DNA of 64,000 nt. Origin: an uncultured bacterium. Lineage in GTDB: Bacteria > Chloroflexota > UBA5177 > JANWHV01. The stretch covers positions 1,312,001 through 1,376,000 of the forward strand of contig CAWHAE010000012.1 of the NCBI GenBank assembly GCA_963827235.1, read 5' to 3'. Below the pieces are notes generated by a model. That model did not search any database, was not told the DNA's origin, and was given only the letters and a program-made list of their open reading frames with translations. The translations under genes were made by a program, and so were the position numbers. The stretch's first letter is position 1, and every line of letters starts with the position of its first letter. Below are positions 38,764 to 49,363 of the stretch, piece by piece.

Positions 38764-38917
38764 CACCAGTTGCTCGCTGCAGCCTAGGGTGACCAGGAGG
38801 GGGAAGGTGTCAGAAGAAGGGGAGCAGCGCCGCCACTCTCGCTTCCTCAGGCGCCGTCCTCTCTACGGCTGCAGGTCATCGCATCCACGGACCCTGTAAG
38901 GGATACTCTCAAGCTCA

Positions 38918-38946
38918 AGTATATCCTAAAAGAATGTTGCGTTCCA
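38918..38946 (-). promoter_or_regulatory. Candidate sigma70 promoter
   Basis: TGGAAC-N17-TATACT in an AT-rich patch. Confidence 0.5.
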
Positions 38947-39031
38947 GCGATCGTCGTGGATTCGTGGCATCCTGGTCTTCTGCTCCCATTCCACCGCCGT
39001 CTCGTGCGGCCCTCGAATCGCGCGTCCGGCC

Positions 39032-39089
39032 AGGCACCGGCGCATCCTGCCGACCGTGCGCGCACAGTCGGCAGGATGCGCCGGTGCCT
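39032..39089. repeat. 58-bp near-perfect palindrome
   Basis: 23-bp perfect arms, one mismatch, self-complementary centre GTGCGCGCAC. Confidence 0.9.
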
Positions 39090-39113
39090 ACGCGGTGCGT
39101 GGGCCGGACGAGC

Positions 39114-39947
39114 TCAGACCTGCGTGCGCCATGTCCAGGCAGGCGCATATCCGAGCATGCGGCGGGCTTTCTCGATCGAGAGCAGCGTTACCGTACCGTG
39201 CCCTTCCGCGCGTAGCGGCACGCCGGGAAACACCTTGGCCATCAGCTCCTGATTCGACTGCCGCATGACCGTATCGGCAGCCGCGATGATAAAAGCCTCG
39301 GCTCCCTGGGCATCGACCTCCAGCCCAAGGCGGCAGCTCTGAGCGACGTCGCGGGCGTCGACATACCCCCAGAGATTCCACTTGCGCAGGAAGGGATCCT
39401 GCTGGAAGCTGGGAAACGCCGCGTAGTCCGCCGGCTCCATCACGTTGGAAAAGCGCAGTCCGACGAAGGGTATGCCGCTCCAGCGGCATACGTGGCGCGC
39501 CATCTCCTCCGACAGCACCTTTGAGAGCGCATAGGTCGACTCTGGATTCAGCGGATGGTCCTCGTCGATTGGGGCGTAGACCGGCTTCACGCGGTCGAAC
39601 GGCAGACCGAGCGTTGTTTCGCTCGACGCCCATACGACGCGCTGCAGCCCGAGCAGCCCCGCAGCCTGGAAGATATTGAAGGTGCTGGTGATATTGATCC
39701 TGAAGGTAACCTCATCCGTCTGCAGGCCCGGCGCCGGGATGGCAGCCAGATGTACCACCGCCTCGGCGCCGCGAAGTGCTTCCACGGCCTGCCCGAAGTC
39801 CGTGATATCCGCGCGCAGGAATTGCCCGACCGGTACGGCCGGACGCTGCAGATCGACGTTGAGCACGTCATAGCCGTGATCCGTCAGCTCGCGCACGACC
39901 GCGCGGCCAGCTTTTCCGCTACCTCCGGTGACAACCAGCTTTTTCAT
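39114..39947 (-). CDS. NAD-dependent epimerase/dehydratase (extended SDR)
   Basis: TGGSGKAG, VHLAA, ASS, YALSK. Confidence 0.9.
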   Translation of the reverse strand: MKKLVVTGGSGKAGRAVVRELTDHGYDVLNVDLQRPAVPVGQFLRADITDFGQAVEALRGAEAVVHLAAIPAPGLQTDEVTFRINITSTFNIFQAAGLLGLQRVVWASSETTLGLPFDRVKPVYAPIDEDHPLNPESTYALSKVLSEEMARHVCRWSGIPFVGLRFSNVMEPADYAAFPSFQQDPFLRKWNLWGYVDARDVAQSCRLGLEVDAQGAEAFIIAAADTVMRQSNQELMAKVFPGVPLRAEGHGTVTLLSIEKARRMLGYAPAWTWRTQV

Positions 39948-40024
39948 GCAACACCTCCCCTCCGCGCAGGCCGGTGCCGGCGCGGCATCACTCCGTTGGT
40001 GTGTTTCTGTCTTCTCTGTATGGT

Positions 40025-41182
40025 CTAGGAATGAGCCACGATGGTGCGCGCCAGCGCCGGGCTAACGTCGCCCCGCTCGCCGAACGCCGTCATGCCGTGC
40101 GCCTGCAGCTGCGCCTCGACGGTCTCCGCGGCCGCGGACGCATCGACCCCGTAATCGGCTAGCCTGGTCTTCACTCCCAGGTTCTCGAAGAACTCGCGTG
40201 TGCGCGCGATGGCGGCATCGATGCGCTCATCTTCGCCGCCGCTCGTGATGTGCCAGACGCGTTCCGCGTACTGCAGCAGCTTGGCGCGCTTGGCCTCGCG
40301 GCGCACGGTCGATCCCGGGGGCAGCAGGACGGCGAGCGTGCGTCCGTGGTCGAGACCGTAGAGCGCCGTCAACTCGTGCCCGATAGCATGCGTCGCCCAG
40401 TCCTGCGGCACGCCGGCGCCGATCAGTCCGTTGAGGGCCAGGGTGGCAGCCCACATCAGGTTCGCCCGCTCACTGTAGTCTTGCGGGGCTGCCAGGGCCT
40501 TGGGACCGATCTCGATCAGAGCCTGGAGGAGACCTTCGGCCAGGCGATCCTGCACCACCGCGTTGACGGGATAGGTCAGGTACTGCTCGACGACGTGCAC
40601 GAAGGCATCGACCACGCCGTTGGCGACCTGCCGCGGCGGCAGCGTGAACGTCTTCTCCGGATCGAGCACGGAGAATAGCGGGTACACGTGCGGGCTGGCG
40701 AAACCCAGCTTGGCGGTGAACTCCTTCCGGCTGATCACCGCGTTAGTGTTCATCTCCGAGCCGGTAGCGGGCAACGTCAGCACCGTGCCGATGGGAAGCG
40801 CCTTCCGCACGTTGGCTCCTCCCTGAAGCAGGATATCCCAGGGCTCCCCGTCGAAGACGGCGGCGGCGGCGACGAACTTCGTCCCGTCGAGCACGGATCC
40901 GCCGCCCACAGCCAGAAGAAAATCGATCCCGTCGCGGCGCACGATCGTCACGGCGCGCATCAGGGTCTCGTACGTGGGGTTCGGCTCGATGCCTTCAAAC
41001 TCCTGCACGTGCCGGGCCCCCAGCGCCGTCCGCACCTCGTCGAGCGTTCCGTTCTGCTTGATGCTGCCTCCGCCGTACAGCACGAGCACGTGCGCGTCCG
41101 CGGGAACGTGCTTCGCTATCTCGGCGATCTTCCCTTTGCCGAATATGATCCTGGTCGGATTGCAGAATTCGAACTCCATCAT
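40025..41182 (-). CDS. yqhD: Iron-containing NADPH-dependent alcohol dehydrogenase (YqhD-like)
   Basis: NPTRIIFGKG, YGGGSIK, EPNP, GGGSVLDGTK, TLPATGSE, DWATHAIGHELTALYGLDHG. Confidence 0.88.
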   Translation of the reverse strand: MMEFEFCNPTRIIFGKGKIAEIAKHVPADAHVLVLYGGGSIKQNGTLDEVRTALGARHVQEFEGIEPNPTYETLMRAVTIVRRDGIDFLLAVGGGSVLDGTKFVAAAAVFDGEPWDILLQGGANVRKALPIGTVLTLPATGSEMNTNAVISRKEFTAKLGFASPHVYPLFSVLDPEKTFTLPPRQVANGVVDAFVHVVEQYLTYPVNAVVQDRLAEGLLQALIEIGPKALAAPQDYSERANLMWAATLALNGLIGAGVPQDWATHAIGHELTALYGLDHGRTLAVLLPPGSTVRREAKRAKLLQYAERVWHITSGGEDERIDAAIARTREFFENLGVKTRLADYGVDASAAAETVEAQLQAHGMTAFGERGDVSPALARTIVAHS

Positions 41183-41309
41183 CTCGCACGCCAGTCCTTC
41201 GAGAGCTTTTCCGTCAATTCACCGTCTCTCAATGTACCGTGCGGGGGCGAGAGCGTCCGCAGACGCCTGGTCCGGCGATCATCGGCCGGGCGGCCCGGTG
41301 CACCCGGTA

Positions 41310-42776
41310 TCACGCGGGTCCGGCCGGTGTGATGCGGAACGCTATGGCGTGAGAGAAAGCATGGCCTTCCGGGACGCCGACGACCAGCTTGTCCGCTTGC
41401 CTGGTCCAGGGAACCGGCTCGGCAGGGGGACCGTTGTATGCCTCGAGGCCGTTCAGTACCTCGACGCTGCCGATCGTCTTGTTGAACAGGCCGCTATCCG
41501 TGCCCAGCGACTCGATCTCGACCCGGCCCGTGCTGGGAATCGCCAGAGCCACCGCATAGAGCACTTCACCGCGCGTGGTGAACCGAATGTCCCGGCGCGT
41601 GAACGGGGGGCGCTTCGTGTCGTTGAAGCTGCCTCCGACTACTTTGGTGGGACCCTCGCCGTACACTCGCCAGGGGCGTGTGCCGTAGATCGCCTCACCA
41701 TTGATCTTCAGCCAGGCGCCCATCTCCCGCAGAATGTCCTGCTCGGGCTCGGGAATTGTGCCGTCGGGACGGGGGCCGACGTTGAGCAACAGGGCTCCGT
41801 TCTTGCTTACGATGTCCACCAGGTCGCCGATCAGATCGCCCGCGCTCCGGTAGTCGTGGTTCTGGATGTAGCCCCACGAGTTCTTCGAAACGGCGGTATC
41901 GGTCTGCCAGAACCGGGCCCGCTGATCGTCGAGCTGCCCGCGCTCGACGTCGAACACGGCGCTGCCTTCGCGGAAGGCGTTGAACTTGTAGTTGATCGCG
42001 ACGCCCCGCTGCCACCCGGCCGCGCGATTATAGTAATAGGCGGCAAAGCGCTGCAGATAGCTCGCGAAGGCGGGCTCCTCGATCCACCAGTCAAACCAGA
42101 CGAGCTGTGGCTGGTACTTATCGATCAGCTCGCACGTGCGGGCGAGCCAGTCGTCGAGGAACTCCTCGTTGGGCTGCAGCTCCTTCGGCTGCGCCGGCGC
42201 GTACAGCCCGGCAAAGCGCGGATCCTGCACATCGGACTCGTAGGCCATGCCGCCGTTGAAGAACCACCAGTGCTCCGCCCGGTGGCTGGAAAGACCGAAA
42301 ACGAGGAATTGCCGGCGAACGGCGGCGGCAAGCTCGCCGATCAGGTCGCGCTTCGGACCCATCTTCGCCGCCGTCCAGTCGGAAAAGCCGCAGTCATACA
42401 TGGCAAAGCCGTCGTGGTGTTCCGCCACCGGCACGACGAACTGGGCACCGGCCTGCCGGAACAGAGCAGCCCAGGCGTCCGGGTCGAAGCGCTCGGCTGT
42501 GAACAGAGGGATGAAATCCTTATGCCCGAAGCCCTTTTGCGGACCATAGGTCGCCAGATGATGCTCGAACTCGGGCGTGCCCTGGAGGTACATGTTCCTG
42601 GGATACCACTCGTTGCCGAAGGCCGGCACGGCGTAGAGACCCCAATGGACGAAGATGCCGAACTTCGCGTCCTCGTACCAACGAGGCACCCGATAGCCTT
42701 GCAGCGATTCCCACGTCGGCGAAAAGGGGCCGGAGGCGACCACCTCGTCGATGCCCCGCACATTCTCGTTATGCAT
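41310..42776 (-). CDS. GH29 alpha-L-fucosidase
   Basis: PTWESL, AKFGIFVHWG, AEHHDGF, VWFDW, DIVSKNGALLLNVGP, NGEAIYGTRPW. Confidence 0.93.
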   Translation of the reverse strand: MHNENVRGIDEVVASGPFSPTWESLQGYRVPRWYEDAKFGIFVHWGLYAVPAFGNEWYPRNMYLQGTPEFEHHLATYGPQKGFGHKDFIPLFTAERFDPDAWAALFRQAGAQFVVPVAEHHDGFAMYDCGFSDWTAAKMGPKRDLIGELAAAVRRQFLVFGLSSHRAEHWWFFNGGMAYESDVQDPRFAGLYAPAQPKELQPNEEFLDDWLARTCELIDKYQPQLVWFDWWIEEPAFASYLQRFAAYYYNRAAGWQRGVAINYKFNAFREGSAVFDVERGQLDDQRARFWQTDTAVSKNSWGYIQNHDYRSAGDLIGDLVDIVSKNGALLLNVGPRPDGTIPEPEQDILREMGAWLKINGEAIYGTRPWRVYGEGPTKVVGGSFNDTKRPPFTRRDIRFTTRGEVLYAVALAIPSTGRVEIESLGTDSGLFNKTIGSVEVLNGLEAYNGPPAEPVPWTRQADKLVVGVPEGHAFSHAIAFRITPAGPA

Positions 42777-42917
42777 CAATCCTTCACCTCTTGCGTGCCA
42801 ATGTCGTCGTGCCAAGACAAAGCTCGCTCGCTTTGAGCCCGGTGGTGCCGAAAGACCGACACTCCACGGCGCCCTCGCTCATCGCCGGTCACATCCGGGC
42901 CGGTGTGCCGGCGCGAC

Positions 42918-44991
42918 TCATTCTCCCCGCTCAAACACGACCATCGCATGGCCGTAGACTTCAGGCACGGTCACACGCGCGTAGTCTCCGTACATGGTCG
43001 CGGCCAGCGCCGAGCGGCCTGGTGCCAGGTAGGCGGCGCGCGGCCGCCAGCCGGTACGCACCGACACCGTCACGTCGTGCAACGGCAGCACGTCCTCCAC
43101 GAGGTCGAGGTCGGGCGTACGCCGCTGTGGCACGTAGTGCAGCAGGTGGCAGACCAGGCGCTCCGGCGAGTCGCCGTCGGTGCCCGCGGGCTGCCTCAGC
43201 ACGGTAACCTCCGCCGTGGTAGGCAGGTTGGCCCGCACCAGCGGCTCGGGCAGGAGCCGTTGCAGCAAAGCGCCCACGATCTGCCGGTAAACCGGATAGC
43301 CATGGGCCTGGTACGAGTGGAACAGCGGATGCGATAGGTAGGCAACCCGCCCGCGGACGGTGGCGGCGGCGAGGCCGGGCAGCCTGGTCGGGTCGGACGG
43401 CGTCTGCGCATGAGAAGAAAAGTGTGCCCAGGTCCGGGAGAAGTACGGCGAGACGATCTCCGCCAGCACCTCGGTCCCGGCCGCGGCCCGCACCGCGCTG
43501 CCTCGATCGTACAGCGCGTGATCCATCGCCGGGATCGAGCCGGCGAGCGCGCCGATCGGCCGGAAGAACTCCACGTCGTCCCGTCCTGGTGCCCACGTAC
43601 TCGATACCCATCAGGTCCTGCAGCGCGAAGCCGGACCCGTCGGGGCGCAGACCGGATTCATGGCTGAACAGGACGGCACCGCCGGCCGCGATATAGCCGC
43701 GGAGCTTGGCCTCCAGGTCGCCGGCCAGGCGCACGTGATCGGGCGCCACGATCACCCGGTATGGCGAGAAGTCCGCCGCCCTGTCGGTCACCGCCACCTG
43801 AGCGCCCATCTCCAGCAGCATGTGCAGAGCGCCCTCTTCGCTTTCCAGGCCGGCGACACGCGTGCCGGCCCCGGTATCCGCCGGCAGCAGGATCGCCACG
43901 TCCGCCAGGGGGACGGCACCGCGGCACCACGGCTCCTTGGCTTCCACCGAAGCGTAGGTCTTGCCGATGCGCCGGTAGGTTTCCGGCACCTGGGCTCCGC
44001 GCGGATGCAGCTGGTCGCCGATCGAGCACGCGGCGCCGCCGGCCAGGGCCCGGAAGCACTCGTAATCGAGCGCGGCCTGGCTCTTGACCGTGCCGAAATC
44101 GGCCCAGGATCGGTGAAACGCCGCCGTCATACCCAGAATCGGCTTGCCCAGGGTCTGGAAGAAGCGGTTGTAGAGGGCAAAGTGCGTGTAGCCCCAGCCG
44201 CCGGTCGGCAGCGACTCCAGCTCCCAGTGCGTGTAATACGGCGCTTCGGGCCGACTGCCTTCCTCCGGATCGCCGTTCAGGCGCATGCGGGCATTGAAGA
44301 ACAGCGGCAGCCCGGGCCGTTTCTCCCACACCCGGCGGCTGATGCGATCCATGAACCGCCGCTCCGCCGCCAGCGTATAGGCGTGCAACGCGGCGTCATC
44401 CTCCGGATTCACTCCTTCGGCCAGCATGCCGCGCAAGCAGTAGGCGCAGCAGCAGCCCGGCTCCCCGCTCATGACGATGTCGAAGAACAGGCCATCGGCC
44501 GCGTAGCCGGAGAGCACTTCCTCGGCCACAGCCGAGACATGGTCCGCATACGGACTATTCATGCAGAGCCAGTGCCAGCCGTGCTTGGCAAGCGGCCCAA
44601 CGGGGGCTCGGCCCACCGGGGTGCCGTCCCGGTGGACCTGACGCCACTCGGGATGCTCCTCCGCCTGGTGCTCGCTCCACACCACGGTGATGTAGACCGG
44701 CACGTTGATGCCGTACCGGTGGGCGGCCTCAATCTGCTCTCCCAGCAGATCGCGCTTGAGGTGCGGATGCATGAAGCCGACCTTGGTGGGGTAGTAGCTC
44801 ATGCCGTGGTGGCAGGTGGCGAAACAGGTAATCGAATCGATGTGCGCCTCACGCAGCCGGCGCGCCCAGGCATCGGCGTCGAACTCCTCACCCACGGCGG
44901 GAATCAGCGGGGACGTATGGAAATCCAGATGCACCTGGCGGAAGCGAAGACTTGGGCTCTTCGGCTCGAAATCAGCGTGTTCAGACATCAT
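42918..44991 (-). CDS. GH151-like alpha-L-fucosidase (GHL6 plus trimerisation domain), frameshift near 43590
   Basis: RFRQVHLDFHTS, CHHGMSYYPT, DGLFFDIV, ELESLPTGGWGY, FHRSWADFG, IGDQLHP; the C-terminus continues in the 42918..43574 frame. Confidence 0.8.
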
Positions 44992-45054
44992 GCGCGTTCC
45001 CTTCAGCAAGCTAACGCGAATTGATACTCCAGATGGACGATGCGGGCCGCACGC

Positions 45055-45924
45055 TCATCGGAACGCCACCGCCTCTCTGAAGCGCCGTATGGCGTCGATA
45101 TGCGCCTGCGGTGAGGCGAGCCCCGCCTTCATGGTGACCACGCGCACGTGACCGACGCCCAGGGCGCGCCATGCCTCGACCGACCGTGCCCAGCCGTCTG
45201 GCGTCTGATCGGCGATGTCGATCCCGCCCTCGATGCCCAGCCCAGCAATGTCCCGCCCCGCGGCCAGCGCGTACTGTCGAAATCTCGCTATGGCGGAGCG
45301 GGCCTGCTCGCCCGGCGGCATTTGGGGAAACCAGCCATCGCCTAGCGTGCCGGCCCTCCGTATGGCCGCTTCAGCGCTTCCCCCAATCCAGATGGGGATC
45401 GGCCTCTGTATCGGAAGCGGATTGATTCCGGCAGCCTCGACGTGGTGCCATTTTCCGTGATAGGTGACCGATTCCTGGGTGAAGAGCGCGCGCAGGACCG
45501 CGATCTGTTCCTCACTGCGCCGGCCGCGATTGTGGAAGTCTTCGTTGAGCGCCTGGTACTCGACATCGTTCCAGCCGATACCGATGCCGAGTCGAAAGCG
45601 ACCGCCAGACAGCACGTCGACCGCGGCTGCTTGCTTGGCTACCAGCACCGTCTGCCGCTGCGGCAGGATCAAGATGCCGGTGACAAGCTCTATGCTCTGT
45701 GTCAGCCCGGCCAGGTAGCCGAATAGCACCATGGGCTCGTGGAACAGACTGTGCAGATCGTACGGTCCGCTCCAGTCCGGGCGGGTTCTGGTGTCCGCAC
45801 CCACGACGTGGTCGTACACCTGTAGGTGTGTATACCCGAGATCCTCGGCCGCTTGGGCAAAATCGCGCACCGCGACAGGATCGCTGCCGATCTCGATCTG
45901 AGGAAAGACGACCCCGATACGCAT
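45055..45924 (-). CDS. LLM-class (probably F420-dependent) oxidoreductase
   Basis: AEDLGY..L.VYDHV, FHEP, LPQRQTVLVAKQAA.VDVLSGGRFRLGIGIGWN, PIPIWIGG. Confidence 0.9.
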   Translation of the reverse strand: MRIGVVFPQIEIGSDPVAVRDFAQAAEDLGYTHLQVYDHVVGADTRTRPDWSGPYDLHSLFHEPMVLFGYLAGLTQSIELVTGILILPQRQTVLVAKQAAAVDVLSGGRFRLGIGIGWNDVEYQALNEDFHNRGRRSEEQIAVLRALFTQESVTYHGKWHHVEAAGINPLPIQRPIPIWIGGSAEAAIRRAGTLGDGWFPQMPPGEQARSAIARFRQYALAAGRDIAGLGIEGGIDIADQTPDGWARSVEAWRALGVGHVRVVTMKAGLASPQAHIDAIRRFREAVAFR

Positions 45925-46110
45925 AGTACCCCCCTAGTCTCAGTGGCCAGACGCCTGCCCGGCGGCACTGATGCAGGCGCGACTGCGCGCCTCGCCGGCG
46001 ACACACACTGCGCAGGTCGGTCCAGTTGGCGCGCCCACCGCGCCAGAGCCTTTCCCATCTAGCAGCGGTTGAAGGCATTTCTCGACCACTGCGTCCACCG
46101 TGCTCCGGCT

Positions 46111-46956
46111 CTAGCGCCCACCCAAGCCGCTAATACTGATGCCTTCGACGAGATACCGCTGCAGAAGAATGACCAGAACGATGCCAGGCAACATGGAGAT
46201 CGAGGCCCCGGCCATCATGTAGTTCCATGCCGTGGCGTACTGCCCCTGGTACTGATAAAGCCCCAGCGGAATCGTGGCCATGTCGGGCGTCGTGGTCACA
46301 ATCAAGGGCCACAGGAAGTTGTTCCAATAGCCAATGAAGGTGAACAGCCCCAGCACGCCGAGCGCGGGACTGGAGAGCGGCACCAGGATGCGCACGAGAA
46401 TGCCCCAGCGCGAGCAGCCGTCAATCAGCGCCGCCTCGTCCAGCTCTATCGGCAGGGTGCGATAGTATTGCCGCATCAGGAACGTGCCGAAGGCGGTGAA
46501 GGCCAGGGGCAGGATGAGCGCCTGGTAGGTGTTCACCCAGCCAAACTGCTTCATGATCAGAAAAGCCGGTATCACCAGCACGGCCTGCGGCACTGCCAGT
46601 GTACCCAGGTAGAGCACGAAGATGCTGTCCCGTCCGGGAAACGGCAGGCGCGCGAAGGCGTAAGCGGCCATGCTCGAGGTCGCCAGTACGACGAGCGTGC
46701 CGATAGACGACACCACGAAGTCGTTGAACATGTAGTGCCCGAACGGGAGGTACGTCCAGGCCTGCACGAAGTTGTCCCACATTGCCGTCCAGGGTATGAG
46801 GGATGGCGGCAATTGGAATACCTGCGCATCGGGCTTGATGGCCGTGTCGACCATCCAGAGTAAAGGGAAGAGGAAGAGGCCAATGACCCCGGCCAGCAGC
46901 AGGTGTGATAGCCAGGAGCCGGCCAGCCTCAGCCACGCGGCACGCTTACGACTCAT
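46111..46956 (-). CDS. Carbohydrate ABC permease (MalG-like)
   Basis: ELDEAALIDGC, WNNFLWPL. Confidence 0.92.
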   Translation of the reverse strand: MSRKRAAWLRLAGSWLSHLLLAGVIGLFLFPLLWMVDTAIKPDAQVFQLPPSLIPWTAMWDNFVQAWTYLPFGHYMFNDFVVSSIGTLVVLATSSMAAYAFARLPFPGRDSIFVLYLGTLAVPQAVLVIPAFLIMKQFGWVNTYQALILPLAFTAFGTFLMRQYYRTLPIELDEAALIDGCSRWGILVRILVPLSSPALGVLGLFTFIGYWNNFLWPLIVTTTPDMATIPLGLYQYQGQYATAWNYMMAGASISMLPGIVLVILLQRYLVEGISISGLGGR

Positions 46957-47884
46957 AGAAGACCCACTTCCGCTGCAGCGCGAACTGTACCCCGGTGAAG
47001 GTCATGATGATCAGGAACAACGCCCAGGCAATGGCGGACGCGTAGCCCATGCGGAAGTAAGAGAACGCGTTCTCATAGAGGTAGAGCACCATGCTCGTGC
47101 TGGCGATGCCGGGCCCGCCGCCGGACACGATGAACGGCTGATCGAACACCTGTAACGACGTGATGATCGTCAGCACGGCACCAAAGAAGATGGATGGCGA
47201 CAGCAATGGGATCGTGACATGCCAGAAGCGGCTCCAGGAACCGGCGCCGTCGATCGCAGCGGCGTCGTAGTATTGGCCGGGAATTGCCTGCAGCCCGGCC
47301 GAAAACACCAGCATGTTGTAGCCGACGTTCTGCCAAAGCACGACGACGATGATCGCCGGGATCACCCAGGTTGTCGATCCGATCCAGTCTGGCCCGGGGT
47401 TGTGGAAGACCGACTGCCACGCCCAGGCGATCACGCCGATGCGCGGCTGGTACATCAGCACCCACACCAGCGACACGCCTACCATCGGGGTCATCACCGG
47501 CACAAAGAAGAGGATGCGTGCGAGGTTCCTGGCACGCACGAGCGTCGACAGCCACATGGCAATACCCAGCGAGAGAACGATGTTCGCCGGCACGTAGCCT
47601 AGCACAAACAGCAGCGTATTCTTCAGAACCTGGTAGAAGGCCGGGTCGGTCGAGAGCATGTGCCGATAGTTCTGCAGACCGATGAAAGTAGGCGTCGAGA
47701 CCAGCGGCCAGTCGAACAGGCTGAGCACGAGCGAGGCGACAAGCGGCACGCAGGTGAAGAGCAGAAAACCGGTCAGGTTCGGCAGGAGGAATAGCAGCGC
47801 CGCCAGCGAGTCACGTCGCCGCCGCCTCCGGCTAGCCAGGGCTGCCGACAGCTCCGTCGCGTCGGTGCCAGCCACGATATCCAT
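46946..47884 (-). CDS. Carbohydrate ABC permease (MalF-like)
   Basis: YYDAAAIDGA, VTIPLLSP, MGYASA. Confidence 0.9.
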   Translation of the reverse strand: MDIVAGTDATELSAALASRRRRRRDSLAALLFLLPNLTGFLLFTCVPLVASLVLSLFDWPLVSTPTFIGLQNYRHMLSTDPAFYQVLKNTLLFVLGYVPANIVLSLGIAMWLSTLVRARNLARILFFVPVMTPMVGVSLVWVLMYQPRIGVIAWAWQSVFHNPGPDWIGSTTWVIPAIIVVVLWQNVGYNMLVFSAGLQAIPGQYYDAAAIDGAGSWSRFWHVTIPLLSPSIFFGAVLTIITSLQVFDQPFIVSGGGPGIASTSMVLYLYENAFSYFRMGYASAIAWALFLIIMTFTGVQFALQRKWVFYES

Positions 47885-48017
47885 CAGGTACATCCCTTTG
47901 TGTGCCAGCGCTCGGCGGTCGAGTACAGGTGTTCTCTCGCGCACTGGACTCGGGCGCCGGCAGTGGCTACGCTGCCTGCGACGTGTCGCGAGCACGCCGA
48001 TAGCTTGCACTCGAGCG

Positions 48018-48056
48018 AAGGGCGGCGCGCGCTTCGGCGCAGCGCGCGCCGCCCTT
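48018..48056. terminator. 16-bp inverted repeat downstream of the SBP gene
   Basis: AAGGGCGGCGCGCGCT-N7-AGCGCGCGCCGCCCTT. Confidence 0.65.
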
Positions 48057-48097
48057 TCTGGGCAGGTCACCGAAAGGACCTGCCGGCTCCCGCCTAC

Positions 48098-49363
48098 TTA
48101 CTGGCTGTTTGCCTGCTGCTGCACGGTCTTGAGGGCGTCGGCAGCCGAGCCGCCGCCATTGACCACTGACGTGCCGTACTGCTGCGTCAGGGTCTCTACC
48201 GCGTTCCAGTTTGGCGTGGTCAAGTACGGCACCGAATGCTGCTGTTGCCAGGAGAGTATCTGCTGGGCGCCCGGCACCGCGTTGGCGTACCAGTACTTCT
48301 GTTGGGCGACGCGAGCCGGAAAGGCCCGACCAACCGTGCCCAGATACTGCTCGGCCGCCGCGCTCGTGAGAACACTGATCGCCTTCCAGGCGTCGTCGGG
48401 ATACTTGGTCGTCTTCGAGATCCCGAAGCCCGACCCGGCCGTCACGCTGATGCTGTTGCCGTTGACGGTCGGTATGGTGGCGATACCCATGGGGAACTTC
48501 ACTGAAGATTTGAGGTTGACCATGTCCCATGGGCCGTCGATGTACATGGCGATGCTGCCGGACTGGAACTGGGCGTAGGTGTAGTTTTCCAAGGGAATCG
48601 ACTGGGCCGGCGAGGCGCCGTACTTATAGTCGAACTCCGCGTACTGCTGGAAGGCCTGCGCCATCTTGGGGTCCGTCAGGTTGAGCTTCCCATCCGCCGT
48701 CATGTAGTGCGCGCCGAGCGTAAGGGCGAACGGCAGCCAGTCGTCGATGGTCGGGTTGGCATTGATACCGTAGATCTGCACGTCCGGGTGGCTCAAGGCC
48801 AGGACGTCCTTATGGAAGGTGGCGTAGTCCCACTTGAACGACGGGTACGGCACCTTGTACTTGTCGAAGATGGCCTTGTTGTAGTAGACCACGAGCGGGC
48901 CGAAGTCGTAGGGCAGTGCGCGCACCGTTCCGCCGTAGCTGAGCGCCTGCACGATGAACGGATCGAACGACTTGAGATCAAAGTTGGCGCTCTTGATGTA
49001 GGAGTTCAGTGGCAGGAAGCTGGCACTGAATCCGGGAGTGCGCTGCATCTGCAAGGAGATAATGTCCTGCAGCCCACCCGTGGCGGCTTCCGCCGGCAGC
49101 TTGGTCCAGTATTGCGCCCATGCGGCGGTCTCGAACTTGACGTGGATCCACGGATAGGTTTTCGTGACCAGATTCGCGTCGTATTGCCAGGCGGCCACTT
49201 CCCCTGGGCTTGCCGACCACATGAACCAGGTCAGGGTCACGGGGGTCTGGGCATTGGTCCGCTGCGCGCGGCTCGGACTGGCGGATACGAGCATGCAGCT
49301 TACCACGCTGACGATTGCTACCAGTGAGAAGACGATACGCTGGGTTCGTCGTCGAACTCTCAT
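48098..49363 (-). CDS. Sugar ABC transporter solute-binding protein
   Basis: Signal peptide after MRVRRR; ALPYD, YYNKAIFDK, FQSGSIAMYIDGPW. Confidence 0.9.
   Translation of the reverse strand: MRVRRRTQRIVFSLVAIVSVVSCMLVSASPSRAQRTNAQTPVTLTWFMWSASPGEVAAWQYDANLVTKTYPWIHVKFETAAWAQYWTKLPAEAATGGLQDIISLQMQRTPGFSASFLPLNSYIKSANFDLKSFDPFIVQALSYGGTVRALPYDFGPLVVYYNKAIFDKYKVPYPSFKWDYATFHKDVLALSHPDVQIYGINANPTIDDWLPFALTLGAHYMTADGKLNLTDPKMAQAFQQYAEFDYKYGASPAQSIPLENYTYAQFQSGSIAMYIDGPWDMVNLKSSVKFPMGIATIPTVNGNSISVTAGSGFGISKTTKYPDDAWKAISVLTSAAAEQYLGTVGRAFPARVAQQKYWYANAVPGAQQILSWQQQHSVPYLTTPNWNAVETLTQQYGTSVVNGGGSAADALKTVQQQANSQ

Noticed and set aside
38755-38772. T-box riboswitch (TGGTGAAACCGG before a terminator)
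   Set aside because: Lacks the UGGNACC bulge consensus, and the downstream gene is not amino-acid related.
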